A stretch of 48,252 bases of DNA from a virus (IMGVR_UViG_3300047557_004483:64001-112252), one strand, 5' to 3'; numbered from the stretch's first letter, positions 6,500-16,076 are shown. Notes: generated by a model not told the origin, from the sequence alone. Numbers and translations: made by a program.

Positions 6500-8874
6500 T
6501 ATTGACTTACTTTTGAAATGTTATCGCTTTTTGTTATTCTAACGACGTTATTAGCCCAATTATTGACTAATGGGTTATGAGTTATGACAAATATTTTTTC
6601 AAAATAATCCCTCATTTTAGTAAAAAATTCTCCCACCATTTCTAAGTTTTCATTACTTATTTTACCGAAAACTTCATCCCAAACTATAATATTTGGTTTA
6701 GGTAGAGAACAGACTTTAGAAAGAACTGCCCTCAAAGCCATAGCCGCAATACTTCTTTCGTATCCCGAACCTGAGGTTATTAATTTCTCAATACCGGTAT
6801 TATTATCAATCATAATAAATTCTACCTCATTTTTTTCATTGATTCTAATCTCCAAATTGAAGTATGCAGAATCCATCATCAACCTTTGAAGTTCTTGATT
6901 TATCAACGGCATCATGGTTTTCATTATATTTTTTGATATTCCATTTTTACCGAAGACATCCAAGTATATTTTATAAACTTTCTCTCTTTCAAATTCCTCG
7001 ACAATTTTAGTAATATTTTCATGATTTTTACTAATTCTGTCTTGGTAATTTTTGATACTAATTTGGTTGGAGGTAATTATTCTCTCATATCCTCTCTTCT
7101 CATTAATCAACTCATCAATTCTCATATTAGCCTTGATTAGTTGCCCATCTATTTCTTTATTCTTTTTAATCTTATCCTGAACTTCAAGGAACCTCCTTTT
7201 CTTATCTTTGAGTTGGTCTAACTTGATAGTAATAGATTCCAAGGTAATCTCAAACTTTTCTTTGATAAGTTTATTTTTTTCATACTCATCAAAGTCCTTC
7301 TTGAGCTGTATATATGATTTTTCCTTGTAATCTAAATCTTTCAGTTGTTTAGATAAGTTATCTACTTTTTTCTCCCAATCACCCAATTCATCAATCTTTT
7401 GTTTGGTCAAAGCCGCTTCCATCAGTTTTATACCACAATGTTCACACTGTACCCCATTACCAAACTTTTTTATCAGTTGTTCAATATCCTCCACCTTATT
7501 CTGAGCAAGAATCAAATCATTATTTACTTTCTTGAATGACTCCTTTATCTCATCGTGTTTATCTTCATGATAAAACTCTTTAGGTTCTACAATTTTTACC
7601 TCACTAATTTTTCTATTGGTATCAATTTTTCTTGCTTCAAAATCATTTATTTCAGAGTCCAAAACTACAGGATTCAAAACAACTAGCTCTTGTTCCAAAT
7701 CATTGAATTTAGACTTTAGAAGGTTTTCTTTATAGTCTTGTCCCTTCTTTAGTCTACTATCAACGTCGTCGATGTTTTTATTGGAGCCTTCTATTTCAGA
7801 CTGTAAACCTTCAATGTCTTTTGTGAGAGACTCTATTTCCTGTTTCAATGATTCCCTGTCATACAAGTTGGAAATCATACCTTTAGAGAAATTCGAATAT
7901 AATTCTTTTCCTATTTCTTCTTTCTTTTTCAAAAATTCCAATCCGAGAAATCTTGATAAAACTTGTCCTCTTGCGGTTGGCTTTGATTCCAAGAGTTCTT
8001 CCAAATTAGAAGCTGTTGTCAGAATTGTCATCAAGAAGTCGTCCATAGTCCCGATTGACTTTTTGATAAAGTCTTCGGTTTCTCTTCTTTGTTCTCCGGT
8101 AAAATTCTGAAGTTGACCATCAGCTAGTTTTTTGAAAAAGTCCAATTCAGTTTTAACAGTCCAATCACCGTTTTTACTTTTTTTCCTTTCAATTTGTCGG
8201 ACTAAAATATAGTCTTCTCCATCGATTTGAATCTCACCTCTAACTGAAACTTTATTCTTATCAGTAAACCTGTTGAATATTTCTTCGGCTTTGCTTGTCT
8301 TTGTTGTCGTATTAAAGAACAAAAAGATTAGTAAGTCTACAGTTAAAACTGTTTTACCTCCGAAGTTTGGAGGGTTAGATTCGACAACAGTAATTCCATT
8401 ACATTTATCAAAATCTAATACTTGATTTTCTCCGTAAGAAAGGAAGTTAGAAAATTCAATCTTCTTTATATACCACCTTTTGAAAGCAGTAACACTTGTG
8501 TCTTCGCTAATTATTTTATTTTCAACTGCCAAGTCAATATTCATCACATCTTCGAAAGATTGGTCTAATCCTTTCGATAAAAGATAACTTCTAATCAACT
8601 CTCTTTGATAATTTTTATCTAAGATATTGAAAGATACATCAACAGTTTGTTGGTTCTCCTCTGTAGATTTTACTTTGGTGATAACATTAACGTTAGTTGT
8701 AATATACTTTTTTTGAAAGTATTGTTTAACTGACTTCAATCTTTCCTGTGTGAAGTTCTCGGGTGTATCTTCCCAAATTACTTGCACATAAGGATTGTCT
8801 AAACTCTCAATATCAATTTTTTTTGACATAGTGTTATAGTTAAATTCTGGAGTTGGATTGAATAAATCCCACAT
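6499..8874 (-). CDS. sbcC: Rad50/SbcC/gp46-like recombination ATPase with about 130-aa N-terminal extension
   Basis: IEFSNFLSYG, variant Walker A NPPNFGGKT, coiled coils with a CEHCG zinc hook, signature SGSGYE, Walker B IIVWDEVFG and H-loop VITHN. Confidence 0.92.
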   Translation of the reverse strand: MWDLFNPTPEFNYNTMSKKIDIESLDNPYVQVIWEDTPENFTQERLKSVKQYFQKKYITTNVNVITKVKSTEENQQTVDVSFNILDKNYQRELIRSYLLSKGLDQSFEDVMNIDLAVENKIISEDTSVTAFKRWYIKKIEFSNFLSYGENQVLDFDKCNGITVVESNPPNFGGKTVLTVDLLIFLFFNTTTKTSKAEEIFNRFTDKNKVSVRGEIQIDGEDYILVRQIERKKSKNGDWTVKTELDFFKKLADGQLQNFTGEQRRETEDFIKKSIGTMDDFLMTILTTASNLEELLESKPTARGQVLSRFLGLEFLKKKEEIGKELYSNFSKGMISNLYDRESLKQEIESLTKDIEGLQSEIEGSNKNIDDVDSRLKKGQDYKENLLKSKFNDLEQELVVLNPVVLDSEINDFEARKIDTNRKISEVKIVEPKEFYHEDKHDEIKESFKKVNNDLILAQNKVEDIEQLIKKFGNGVQCEHCGIKLMEAALTKQKIDELGDWEKKVDNLSKQLKDLDYKEKSYIQLKKDFDEYEKNKLIKEKFEITLESITIKLDQLKDKKRRFLEVQDKIKKNKEIDGQLIKANMRIDELINEKRGYERIITSNQISIKNYQDRISKNHENITKIVEEFEREKVYKIYLDVFGKNGISKNIMKTMMPLINQELQRLMMDSAYFNLEIRINEKNEVEFIMIDNNTGIEKLITSGSGYERSIAAMALRAVLSKVCSLPKPNIIVWDEVFGKISNENLEMVGEFFTKMRDYFEKIFVITHNPLVNNWANNVVRITKSDNISKVSQ

Positions 8875-8879
8875 ATTTT

Positions 8880-9059
8880 TTACTCGAATGATTCAGTTGC
8901 ACCTGATTCAGTCATTTTTTTAATTTCTTCGAGCTGTTTTTTCATAGACTCGTTGAATAGTTTTTGCATTGCAGATTGAGCTGCTCCAATTTTCTGATTT
9001 CTTGATTGTACTTTTTGTCTGTGGGCTTTAGCTCCACCTCTAACTTTTGATTTTGCCAT
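8880..9059 (-). CDS. Small basic hypothetical protein (59 aa; not in ORF track)
   Basis: Hand translation gives MAKSKVRGGAKAHRQKVQSRNQKIGAAQSAMQKLFNESMKKQLEEIKKMTESGATESFE*, which fills the gap with 5-nt spacing on both sides. Confidence 0.75.
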   Translation of the reverse strand: MAKSKVRGGAKAHRQKVQSRNQKIGAAQSAMQKLFNESMKKQLEEIKKMTESGATESFE

Positions 9060-9064
9060 ATTTT

Positions 9065-9415
9065 TTAATTTTTGTTTGGTCTATTTTCTTCGAACCACTC
9101 CACTATTGAATTAATTGCCCATGTTCCTCCTGATGCTAACATACCATCAAAGAACCATGAAACAAAATTATTCACCCCGAGAAGTTCATGAACAGGTGAA
9201 TATAAGAAAATTCCGAAAAAGAATCCAACCCAAGTTGGCGCACACATCATGCATTTCAACATATCGGAAAGAAAGACCCAAAACCCATGTAACGGAGCAA
9301 ACTCATTTGCCGCCCATTTATTTATTTGATTCCTTGGTCCATTAAAAATACTTCCGTAAACTAATATGTTACTCATTCCATAAGATAACAATATCCATAA
9401 AATTAACTGTGTCAT
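9065..9415 (-). CDS. Small membrane protein, DUF1360-like
   Basis: Hydrophobic segments plus a ML-K-CMMC-APTWVG (CxxC...W) motif. Confidence 0.6.
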   Translation of the reverse strand: MTQLILWILLSYGMSNILVYGSIFNGPRNQINKWAANEFAPLHGFWVFLSDMLKCMMCAPTWVGFFFGIFLYSPVHELLGVNNFVSWFFDGMLASGGTWAINSIVEWFEENRPNKN

Positions 9416-9421
9416 ACTTTT

Positions 9422-10072
9422 TTATTTATATAATGTATCATTCAGGTTTGACCCTCTCAAGAAAGCCGCACCCGCATTTTGTTTATAATTCTCAAAATTA
9501 GTGATTATTTTTTCTAATTCCTCAATTTTTTTATTTTTTTCTCCCAAATCGTGTTTCAGTTTTTGTAAGGTCTGAGTCAACATTTCTGTTTTACTGTTAT
9601 CTTGGACAACAACTTCTTTTGTAATTTCTTTAATTACTTCTTTTTCAACCACCTGTGGTTCTCTATTCTCTAATTCTTTAATTTTATCCAACAGAATTTC
9701 AATCTCTGAGTTGTCGTAAACATTTACTATTTTTTCGACAATTTTTTCTACAGGAACCTCTCTAATTACCTCTCTATCAACATATTCCACAACTCTAACT
9801 TCCGTGGGAGGTGTTGGGACTTCCTTGATAATTTCTACGGTCACTTCCTTAATCACTTCGACCTCTTTTACAACCTCTACGGGTCTATCAACATACTTGA
9901 TAACTTCTTTTTCAGTTATGGTCCCACCTGAAGACAACAACCCATACTTCTCAATCCTAAAACCTTGTAAATAAGAACTCTTGAGAACTTCATCCTCAAC
10001 CAACCCATTCAAATCACAATAGGATTTCAGGTCTTTGTATTCTTTAGTTGAAAGTGATATTGTTTTCTCCAC
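9422..10072 (-). CDS. Hypothetical protein with Val/Glu/Lys (VEVVKEV/VEKIVEK) repeats and C-terminal coiled coil
   Basis: Repeats are visible in the translation; GTG start uncertain. Confidence 0.7.
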   Translation of the reverse strand: MEKTISLSTKEYKDLKSYCDLNGLVEDEVLKSSYLQGFRIEKYGLLSSGGTITEKEVIKYVDRPVEVVKEVEVIKEVTVEIIKEVPTPPTEVRVVEYVDREVIREVPVEKIVEKIVNVYDNSEIEILLDKIKELENREPQVVEKEVIKEITKEVVVQDNSKTEMLTQTLQKLKHDLGEKNKKIEELEKIITNFENYKQNAGAAFLRGSNLNDTLYK

Positions 10073-10080
10073 TTTGATTT

Positions 10081-10860
10081 TTAATAGTTTACCAGTTTTT
10101 CAGTTCCTTCTGTCAAAGACTCAAAAGAGTTGATATAAAAAGAAAGGAATGGTTTAGGATTTGGTAAATCAACAAATGTGTATTCATCAGTTTCTACATC
10201 ATATACCCCATATCCATGATTTCTTACTGTCTCACCAAAGTTTTGTTGGATGGTTGACCCAACCATGTAAGCCTTCTTTTTGCCAGGTATATCGAAAACT
10301 TGTCTTTTATGGATATCACCACACAAAACTATATCGCATCCTTTGAACTTATCTTTATCATACCCTTCCTCAAACTTATATCCAATATCAGTTGTGAGAC
10401 CTTGTATAGGACCATGAAAAAGACCTATATTCTTTTTACTACTTTTTGATATGTCGGGAGGTAGATTATGTTCAACCAATGAGTAAACACACCAATTTAT
10501 ATTTTGGTCTTCGTACACTCCTCGATTTTTGAGATAAACAATATTTTCATCTTGGAGTGAATCTACGATAGGTGTGAGAGCATCTAGTCTTGAACTATTA
10601 TTCTCCAAGAAGTCGTGATTACCGATTACAATGATAGTTTTAGCAATTTTAGAACATTCTGTGAGAACCCATGCAACAAACTCAACGAGTTCAGGTGTCA
10701 TCTGATTCTTTGAATGTACCAAGTCACCGGTAAAAACAATTCTATCAGGAGCAATGGAACCCCACTCACTGAACATTTGCTTCAGTATCTTTTTGTAGAG
10801 TTCGTGGTCTTTAAATAATCTGATATGTAGGTCCGAAAAATGAACTAATCTTTTTATCAT
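10081..10860 (-). CDS. sbcD: Mre11/SbcD/gp47-like metallophosphoesterase nuclease (core only, 259 aa)
   Basis: FSDLH, FTGDLVH, IGNHD, LFHG, CGDIHK, YMVGSTIQQNFGE and GYGVYD motifs. Confidence 0.92.
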   Translation of the reverse strand: MIKRLVHFSDLHIRLFKDHELYKKILKQMFSEWGSIAPDRIVFTGDLVHSKNQMTPELVEFVAWVLTECSKIAKTIIVIGNHDFLENNSSRLDALTPIVDSLQDENIVYLKNRGVYEDQNINWCVYSLVEHNLPPDISKSSKKNIGLFHGPIQGLTTDIGYKFEEGYDKDKFKGCDIVLCGDIHKRQVFDIPGKKKAYMVGSTIQQNFGETVRNHGYGVYDVETDEYTFVDLPNPKPFLSFYINSFESLTEGTEKLVNY

Positions 10861-10881
10861 ATTATAGTATAATATAGTAAA

Positions 10882-11730
10882 TTATTTTTTGAAATTCAAA
10901 TATTTGTTCACATCCATATCCATCACTATATTAATGATGTCTTTAGGAACACGATATTCCTCAAAGGTTGCATCCTCTTTGAGATGTGTTATGATACAAC
11001 CGTAAAGTTTGATGTTTTCGAATTTACTGCCTTCAAGCATTTTAAGTAATAACTTACCGTATAAAGGTAACTGAACATAGTAGTGTCCAAGTGCAGTATT
11101 TGGATAGTTTTCAAATGGACTATACATTCTTTCAGTAAAATCATTCTCAACAAAATTCTTAGGTTTATTGGTCTTCCAATCTGTAATCATCAGACCATAT
11201 TCTGAATTTGTTTTGTTGTGTATCAACCAAACTTTATCGGGCTGACCGGTATACCCAAGTTCAGGATGTCCTAAGACCATTTCTGTATCCAATAGAACAG
11301 AACCTCTTTTTTTCATCAAATCAAGGTATACTCTGCCAGCACCAATCATCTTATCACTTTTCATAAGTTGGGTCAAGTCACACTCAAATATTGGTTGTCT
11401 AACGTCCTTGAAAGAACCGTACATGTCAACCAAAGCTTTTTCCAAAACGAAATGGACTCTACTTCCTAAGTTCGTAGAATATTCACCAGCCTTTGACCAC
11501 TCTTCGAGTAGTTCTTGTTGTCTCTGTGGGTCACCTTTGGCTTTGTTAAAAGCTGCTTCTTCAGTTGGGAATTGTTTATAAAACATTTTCAAAACTTTAG
11601 AAACTGAAGGATAATCTGTCCTTCCATTCATTGTATAGATATGGTCTTCCTCTTTGAAGGTAAGACCTAATTCTTTTTGTTTTTGGGAAACGATTTCACG
11701 TATTTCTTTGGAGATAGATTGTAAGTCCAT
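10882..11730 (-). CDS. PD-(D/E)XK family nuclease (phage exonuclease-like)
   Basis: YPSVS, GSRVH, GQPD...ITDWKT and YYVQLPLY motifs. Confidence 0.85.
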   Translation of the reverse strand: MDLQSISKEIREIVSQKQKELGLTFKEEDHIYTMNGRTDYPSVSKVLKMFYKQFPTEEAAFNKAKGDPQRQQELLEEWSKAGEYSTNLGSRVHFVLEKALVDMYGSFKDVRQPIFECDLTQLMKSDKMIGAGRVYLDLMKKRGSVLLDTEMVLGHPELGYTGQPDKVWLIHNKTNSEYGLMITDWKTNKPKNFVENDFTERMYSPFENYPNTALGHYYVQLPLYGKLLLKMLEGSKFENIKLYGCIITHLKEDATFEEYRVPKDIINIVMDMDVNKYLNFKK

Positions 11731-11733
11731 GTT

Positions 11734-11901
11734 TTATTTTTGAAATTTTGGAGTGAGATATTGAATTAGGTATTTTGCGTAATCTGTCAACAAATCATGA
11801 CCTTCGAATTTAAATACCTCTGTTTTGTTTTGGAGTGCGGTTTGGTAACTTTTTCTCAGATTTTCAAAAGTTTCGGGGGTGAAGGTAATTGTATTGTTCA
11901 T
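11734..11901 (-). CDS. Small hypothetical protein (55 aa; not in ORF track)
   Basis: Hand translation gives MNNTITFTPETFENLRKSYQTALQNKTEVFKFEGHDLLTDYAKYLIQYLTPKFQK*; it is preceded by a promoter-like TATCTTAG. Confidence 0.75.
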   Translation of the reverse strand: MNNTITFTPETFENLRKSYQTALQNKTEVFKFEGHDLLTDYAKYLIQYLTPKFQK

Positions 11902-11916
11902 TTTGAATGATTTATG

Positions 11917-11924
11917 CTAAGATA
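11917..11924 (-). promoter_or_regulatory. Variant -7 element TATCTTAG
   Basis: In the intergenic gap before the ATG at 11901; one mismatch to TAnnTTTG. Confidence 0.4.
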
Positions 11925-11930
11925 CGTAAA

Positions 11931-12860
11931 TTATTTGATTTCGAAAAAATAATCTTTTATTTCCCCCCTCAAATCACAGACATCCTTGTCTTTAGGTAAT
12001 TTCACTATTTTAATCCTATTATATAACTCACCTCCATTTAATTCATGGTAAATCTTTAATCCATCCTGCCACGCATCACCGTCGGTACAGATGATTATAT
12101 CAGATTTGGCTTTATTGTATAATGTCTCGAACAATAACGAACTTATCTTCTTTCCTAACATCGGGATGGAATTCTCCAAGAAAAAACCATCAAAAACACC
12201 TTCTACTAAAAAAATGTCTTTTTCCCAATCTATAAGATGTTCATTGAATATTATCTTGTCTTTTTCTGCTGTAGGGTTTTTGTATTTCATTTTTCTTGGT
12301 GTCCAAGCGCGGGCAATGAAATAGTTTAATTCATCATTACTGTTGAATGATGGTACAATGATTCTGTATGCAAAGTTTCCCTGAACTGTATACCCTATCT
12401 TATACTTTTCAATTATTTCATCAGTGATACCTCTTGATTTCAGGTACCTCATTGCCTCGATGTGTGGTATGAACCTTGAGTTAGATTCTGCAAAAGTCAT
12501 GAATCCCTCAGGAAGTCTTAGTTTCGGTATCTTCTTGTCTAATTGTTTTTGTTCTTCAGGTTTGATTAGATTATAAACCTTTTTTTGTTTTTTGGTTCCA
12601 AACTGGTCGAATAATTTCCCTAATGGTCCTTGGGTACCGTCAGTGTCGGCACAAGCCCAACATTTATAAACATGTCTAAAATAATTGATTTCTAAGTTAC
12701 CCTTTCCGTCACCTTTTTCTAAACCCTTTTCTCTAGCACAAACAGGACAGTCGAAAGATATTTGACCTTTCGACTCATAGTGTTGTTTATCATTACCCAA
12801 AACATCTCTGAGCAACTCAACTAAAACCTCAACTTCCTCAGAAACATTCCTTAAATCCAT
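11931..12860 (-). CDS. dnaG: DNA primase (Zn-finger plus TOPRIM, no helicase-binding tail)
   Basis: CPVC...CWAC zinc finger, YLKSRGI, RIIVP, KYKNP, FLVEGVFD and TDGD TOPRIM motifs. Confidence 0.88.
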   Translation of the reverse strand: MDLRNVSEEVEVLVELLRDVLGNDKQHYESKGQISFDCPVCAREKGLEKGDGKGNLEINYFRHVYKCWACADTDGTQGPLGKLFDQFGTKKQKKVYNLIKPEEQKQLDKKIPKLRLPEGFMTFAESNSRFIPHIEAMRYLKSRGITDEIIEKYKIGYTVQGNFAYRIIVPSFNSNDELNYFIARAWTPRKMKYKNPTAEKDKIIFNEHLIDWEKDIFLVEGVFDGFFLENSIPMLGKKISSLLFETLYNKAKSDIIICTDGDAWQDGLKIYHELNGGELYNRIKIVKLPKDKDVCDLRGEIKDYFFEIK

Positions 12861-13258
12861 TCAACTTGTTTGATTTTTAAATTATTACCCGCTTCAACAC
12901 CAAATGTAAGAAGAAATTCGTTAACATCATTTAAAATGTATCTTCTAATTAGCCTATTAACTTTGATTTTGGAAACTTCCGACTCTTTCAATATTTCTGA
13001 ACCGTACCAATCTTCTCTAGAGCCCCACTTAGCTAAAAGTTTCCCTTTTAACACCAAGTCAATTTCATAATAACTCTGAGAAAATTTGGAATAGGGTCGA
13101 TATTTCCTTATTCTCTTGATTGAGAAGTTTCCATCCAAACACTTTTTCTTCGAAACAAAAGGGGAGTTTCTACTTCCATCCAAGATTTCTAAGTCTTTCC
13201 CGTATTTTTTAACCAAACGGTTTACGTAAACTGTCTCAGCGTCTTTTATTAAGTCCAT
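12851..13258 (-). CDS. Hypothetical protein (135 aa, basic)
   Basis: Clean ORF preceded by a host-type promoter. Confidence 0.7.
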   Translation of the reverse strand: MDLIKDAETVYVNRLVKKYGKDLEILDGSRNSPFVSKKKCLDGNFSIKRIRKYRPYSKFSQSYYEIDLVLKGKLLAKWGSREDWYGSEILKESEVSKIKVNRLIRRYILNDVNEFLLTFGVEAGNNLKIKQVEWI

Positions 13259-13262
13259 GAGA

Positions 13263-13294
13263 CAAAGATAAGGAGAATTTGACTTTCTACCAAA
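13263..13294 (-). promoter_or_regulatory. Bacteroidota housekeeping-type promoter TTTG-N20-TATCTTTG
   Basis: Minus strand has TTTG (13291-13294), a 20-nt spacer and TATCTTTG (13263-13270) just before the ATG at 13258. This matches the -33/-7 consensus TTTG-N19-21-TAnnTTTG. Confidence 0.7.
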
Positions 13295-13889
13295 TTTTTT
13301 CCATTTTCATATATCCTAAAACTGCAGTATATGCGTCAGATTGGTCGTAATTTTCTTTCTTAAGTGTATTATTTTTTGTATATAACCACGTTATTTGGGG
13401 TTCCCTTTTTGCAACTTGTTCCCAAATTATGACTTTTTTGTCAATATCTTTGTTGAATCCTCCAAAAAGAACAAACTTCCCTTTAAGGTTCTGTTCAACC
13501 AAAAAAGGAAATGCAAATTTCCTTGCATTGTAAGTTGAAATAAATTCAGGTACTATACCTAAAACATCATAAACTTCTTTACATACTAAAGTATTATACC
13601 TGATAAGGGTTCCAACAGTATAAACATTGTTGGAGTTCAAAAGTGGTTCTTCGATGACAACTTTTTGTACATTCAAACCCACGTAAGACATAAGTTTTTC
13701 TCGAGTGACTTCACTTTTTTTCATCAACTCAAGCATTTTGTTTTCACCTTCAATTTTTGGTTTCGGTGAAATGTGTGTCAATTCTAATAACTGTTTGCTT
13801 CCAATATCAAATAAAGCAACTCCAATTGTTTTTGTTGAAATATCCAATCCCAATACTTTGGGTGAATCTTTTGAAATATTTTTCTTCAT
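13287..13889 (-). CDS. ruvC: RuvC-like Holliday junction resolvase
   Basis: VLGLDIST, VVIEEP and DQSDA acidic catalytic motifs of the RNase H/RuvC fold. Confidence 0.82.
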   Translation of the reverse strand: MKKNISKDSPKVLGLDISTKTIGVALFDIGSKQLLELTHISPKPKIEGENKMLELMKKSEVTREKLMSYVGLNVQKVVIEEPLLNSNNVYTVGTLIRYNTLVCKEVYDVLGIVPEFISTYNARKFAFPFLVEQNLKGKFVLFGGFNKDIDKKVIIWEQVAKREPQITWLYTKNNTLKKENYDQSDAYTAVLGYMKMEKIW

Positions 13890-13890
13890 A

Positions 13891-16050
13891 TTAGAAATCT
13901 AATTTCACTACAAACTGTTGTATCCCTTGTCTTAACTGAGGGGATTGTAGCTTAGATATAACAATAAGGTCTAAGTTGGAATCGTAAAGTCCTATTTCAG
14001 TAACATAAGAAGTTGTTCCTGAAGTCCATGTAGGATTGGAAGTGTTAGTGAACTGATTACGCCCTAAATTTACCAAATACTTCATCTCATAAATTGTTGC
14101 CGAGATGTCAGTTTCGAAAGCTCCGTAAAAATAATATTCATCACCAAAATTTAAAATTTCAGGACTACCGTTAGGAACCAATGAAATATAATTTGATAGA
14201 TTATATAAAGTTGCCGAAGCAAAATTATTGTCATCAATAATGAAAGTTGTACCTGTCATTGCCGATTGTGCAATTAATCCACCTGATACAACATCACTAC
14301 TAAAATCTATAGAGTACCATTGTGTTGGACTTGGTCTCGTGTCTCCTGAAACTTTTTGGACTAATACTTTGAATCCTGTTGCAGTAAAACCTGAAAGTGG
14401 TGTGGTATTCAAGAATGGAAATTCTGAACCAAACTTAATTGCAACATTCTGTGAGTTATCCGTACATCCTGTTGAAGGTCCTCTAACTACAGAATAGTAA
14501 TTACAGTGCATTGAGTTTGTCCACCCTGTAGACTCGAACAAGTATGTCACCCAAAGTCTTTCTACATCATTATCTAAAAGACCTTGAGAATTAATATTAT
14601 TCGAAGAACAAACGTTTGGAGCTACTGTTGCAACTTGTGGGGCTGGAAGTGTCCAGTTTCTGTTTGATTTGTAAGACATTGCCGCAATTACCTCTTCATC
14701 GTCAATTACAATTATTTGTTGGTCAGGGAAAACTTTACCTATTCTATTCAAATTATTGTTTGCATCAGGGTTCAAATCATAAAGATGATAATACCTAATA
14801 CCAGGGTCATTCATGTTAGAATTGACACTTGATTTAATATAATATGGTGTACATAAGTCGTAACCCGGTGGGTCAATCATAAATGTCTGTCCTATAGTCG
14901 TTCCGGTCGTTTTGTGCCATAGTAATGTCGGTATTGATAGTTTGAGGTGTCTAGCTAATCCAATTGTATCTATGGGGTTCTGAGGGTCAAATGGCTGTGT
15001 TGAAAACTTTTCACCATACACAAAATCAATATCCTGATTTGTGTAATGTATAATCGCAATACATTTTTGGTCTTGTGGTCTAACCACTATCTTTTCATCT
15101 AAAGAGTTGTAATAGAAAGTTTGACTTGTATCAGTTTGTCCACTTGATTGTTGGTAACCCAAATATTCTTTAGTTCCAATATATGATACTGACCCAAATT
15201 TTGTATAATCTTCATAAGTGTTACTAAATAATCCAGCAGGACTTTCAGACCATGGAATATTCATATTCCAAACAGGCGTATTTTCTCTCGCACTTACGTC
15301 ACATGGTGATTCAAAATTTAAAGTATCGGTTTCCCAAAAAGGAGCTGGTGTTACAAAATCGTAGAGCACTGTCATACCTGAAGGATATATCGCAACCCTT
15401 CCATATTGTCCTGATGAAGCAATTCCTACATAATCAGGTGTCGGTCTATCAACAGTGATTGTTGGTAAATTTACTGATTGTATTTTATATGTTAAAACAG
15501 GAACTGTATTAACGTCTTGGCAGCTTCCCACCCCATCCAAAAATATTGTTATTAAATCACCGACAGCTGGAGTTCCAGTTGTTGGTGCACATGTGTCAGA
15601 AATCAACGTAATTGTTGTAGTTCCTGTAAGACCTACAAGTTCTACCCAATAATTTGAAGTAATTGTAATTGCTGAAGAAGTTATAATTGTCCAAGGACTA
15701 GTATTTCCACTGAAAAAACCTTTCGAGGTTGCACTATTATATACTTCTTCTATATTACTATCTTGAAAAGGAATTCCGTAAGTACCACCTTGGTTTCCTG
15801 TAACGTAATATGGATATTTAATATTCTGTTTGTTTGACTGAGGTGAACCTGAGTCATTTTGAGCATTAAATGCTGGCATTAGAATATTATTATTTGTAAG
15901 GTTGTAGTTAGGTACCGCATTGTATGCAACTTCACTATCTCCAACTTGAAAATAAGAAATATTGAAGTTACCTTGAGATAATTTTCTCCTTCCAACGTCA
16001 GTCAACCTGGTGTTGATAAGTCCTGCGGTATTTTTGATTATATATGCCAT
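13891..16050 (-). CDS. Putative virion structural protein (baseplate or fibre attachment), 719 aa
   Basis: N-terminal LTDVGRRKL..YFQVGDSE and C-terminal VTEIGLYD..LIVISKL..VKLDF resemble the two halves of phage fibre-attachment (DUF3751-like) domains. Confidence 0.6.
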   Translation of the reverse strand: MAYIIKNTAGLINTRLTDVGRRKLSQGNFNISYFQVGDSEVAYNAVPNYNLTNNNILMPAFNAQNDSGSPQSNKQNIKYPYYVTGNQGGTYGIPFQDSNIEEVYNSATSKGFFSGNTSPWTIITSSAITITSNYWVELVGLTGTTTITLISDTCAPTTGTPAVGDLITIFLDGVGSCQDVNTVPVLTYKIQSVNLPTITVDRPTPDYVGIASSGQYGRVAIYPSGMTVLYDFVTPAPFWETDTLNFESPCDVSARENTPVWNMNIPWSESPAGLFSNTYEDYTKFGSVSYIGTKEYLGYQQSSGQTDTSQTFYYNSLDEKIVVRPQDQKCIAIIHYTNQDIDFVYGEKFSTQPFDPQNPIDTIGLARHLKLSIPTLLWHKTTGTTIGQTFMIDPPGYDLCTPYYIKSSVNSNMNDPGIRYYHLYDLNPDANNNLNRIGKVFPDQQIIVIDDEEVIAAMSYKSNRNWTLPAPQVATVAPNVCSSNNINSQGLLDNDVERLWVTYLFESTGWTNSMHCNYYSVVRGPSTGCTDNSQNVAIKFGSEFPFLNTTPLSGFTATGFKVLVQKVSGDTRPSPTQWYSIDFSSDVVSGGLIAQSAMTGTTFIIDDNNFASATLYNLSNYISLVPNGSPEILNFGDEYYFYGAFETDISATIYEMKYLVNLGRNQFTNTSNPTWTSGTTSYVTEIGLYDSNLDLIVISKLQSPQLRQGIQQFVVKLDF

Positions 16051-16055
16051 TTCAA

Positions 16056-16062
16056 ATAAATA
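16056..16062 (-). promoter_or_regulatory. TATTTAT putative phage (late) promoter motif
   Basis: ATATTTATT upstream of the ATG at 16050. Confidence 0.55.
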
Positions 16063-16076
16063 TCTTTTTTTACATT

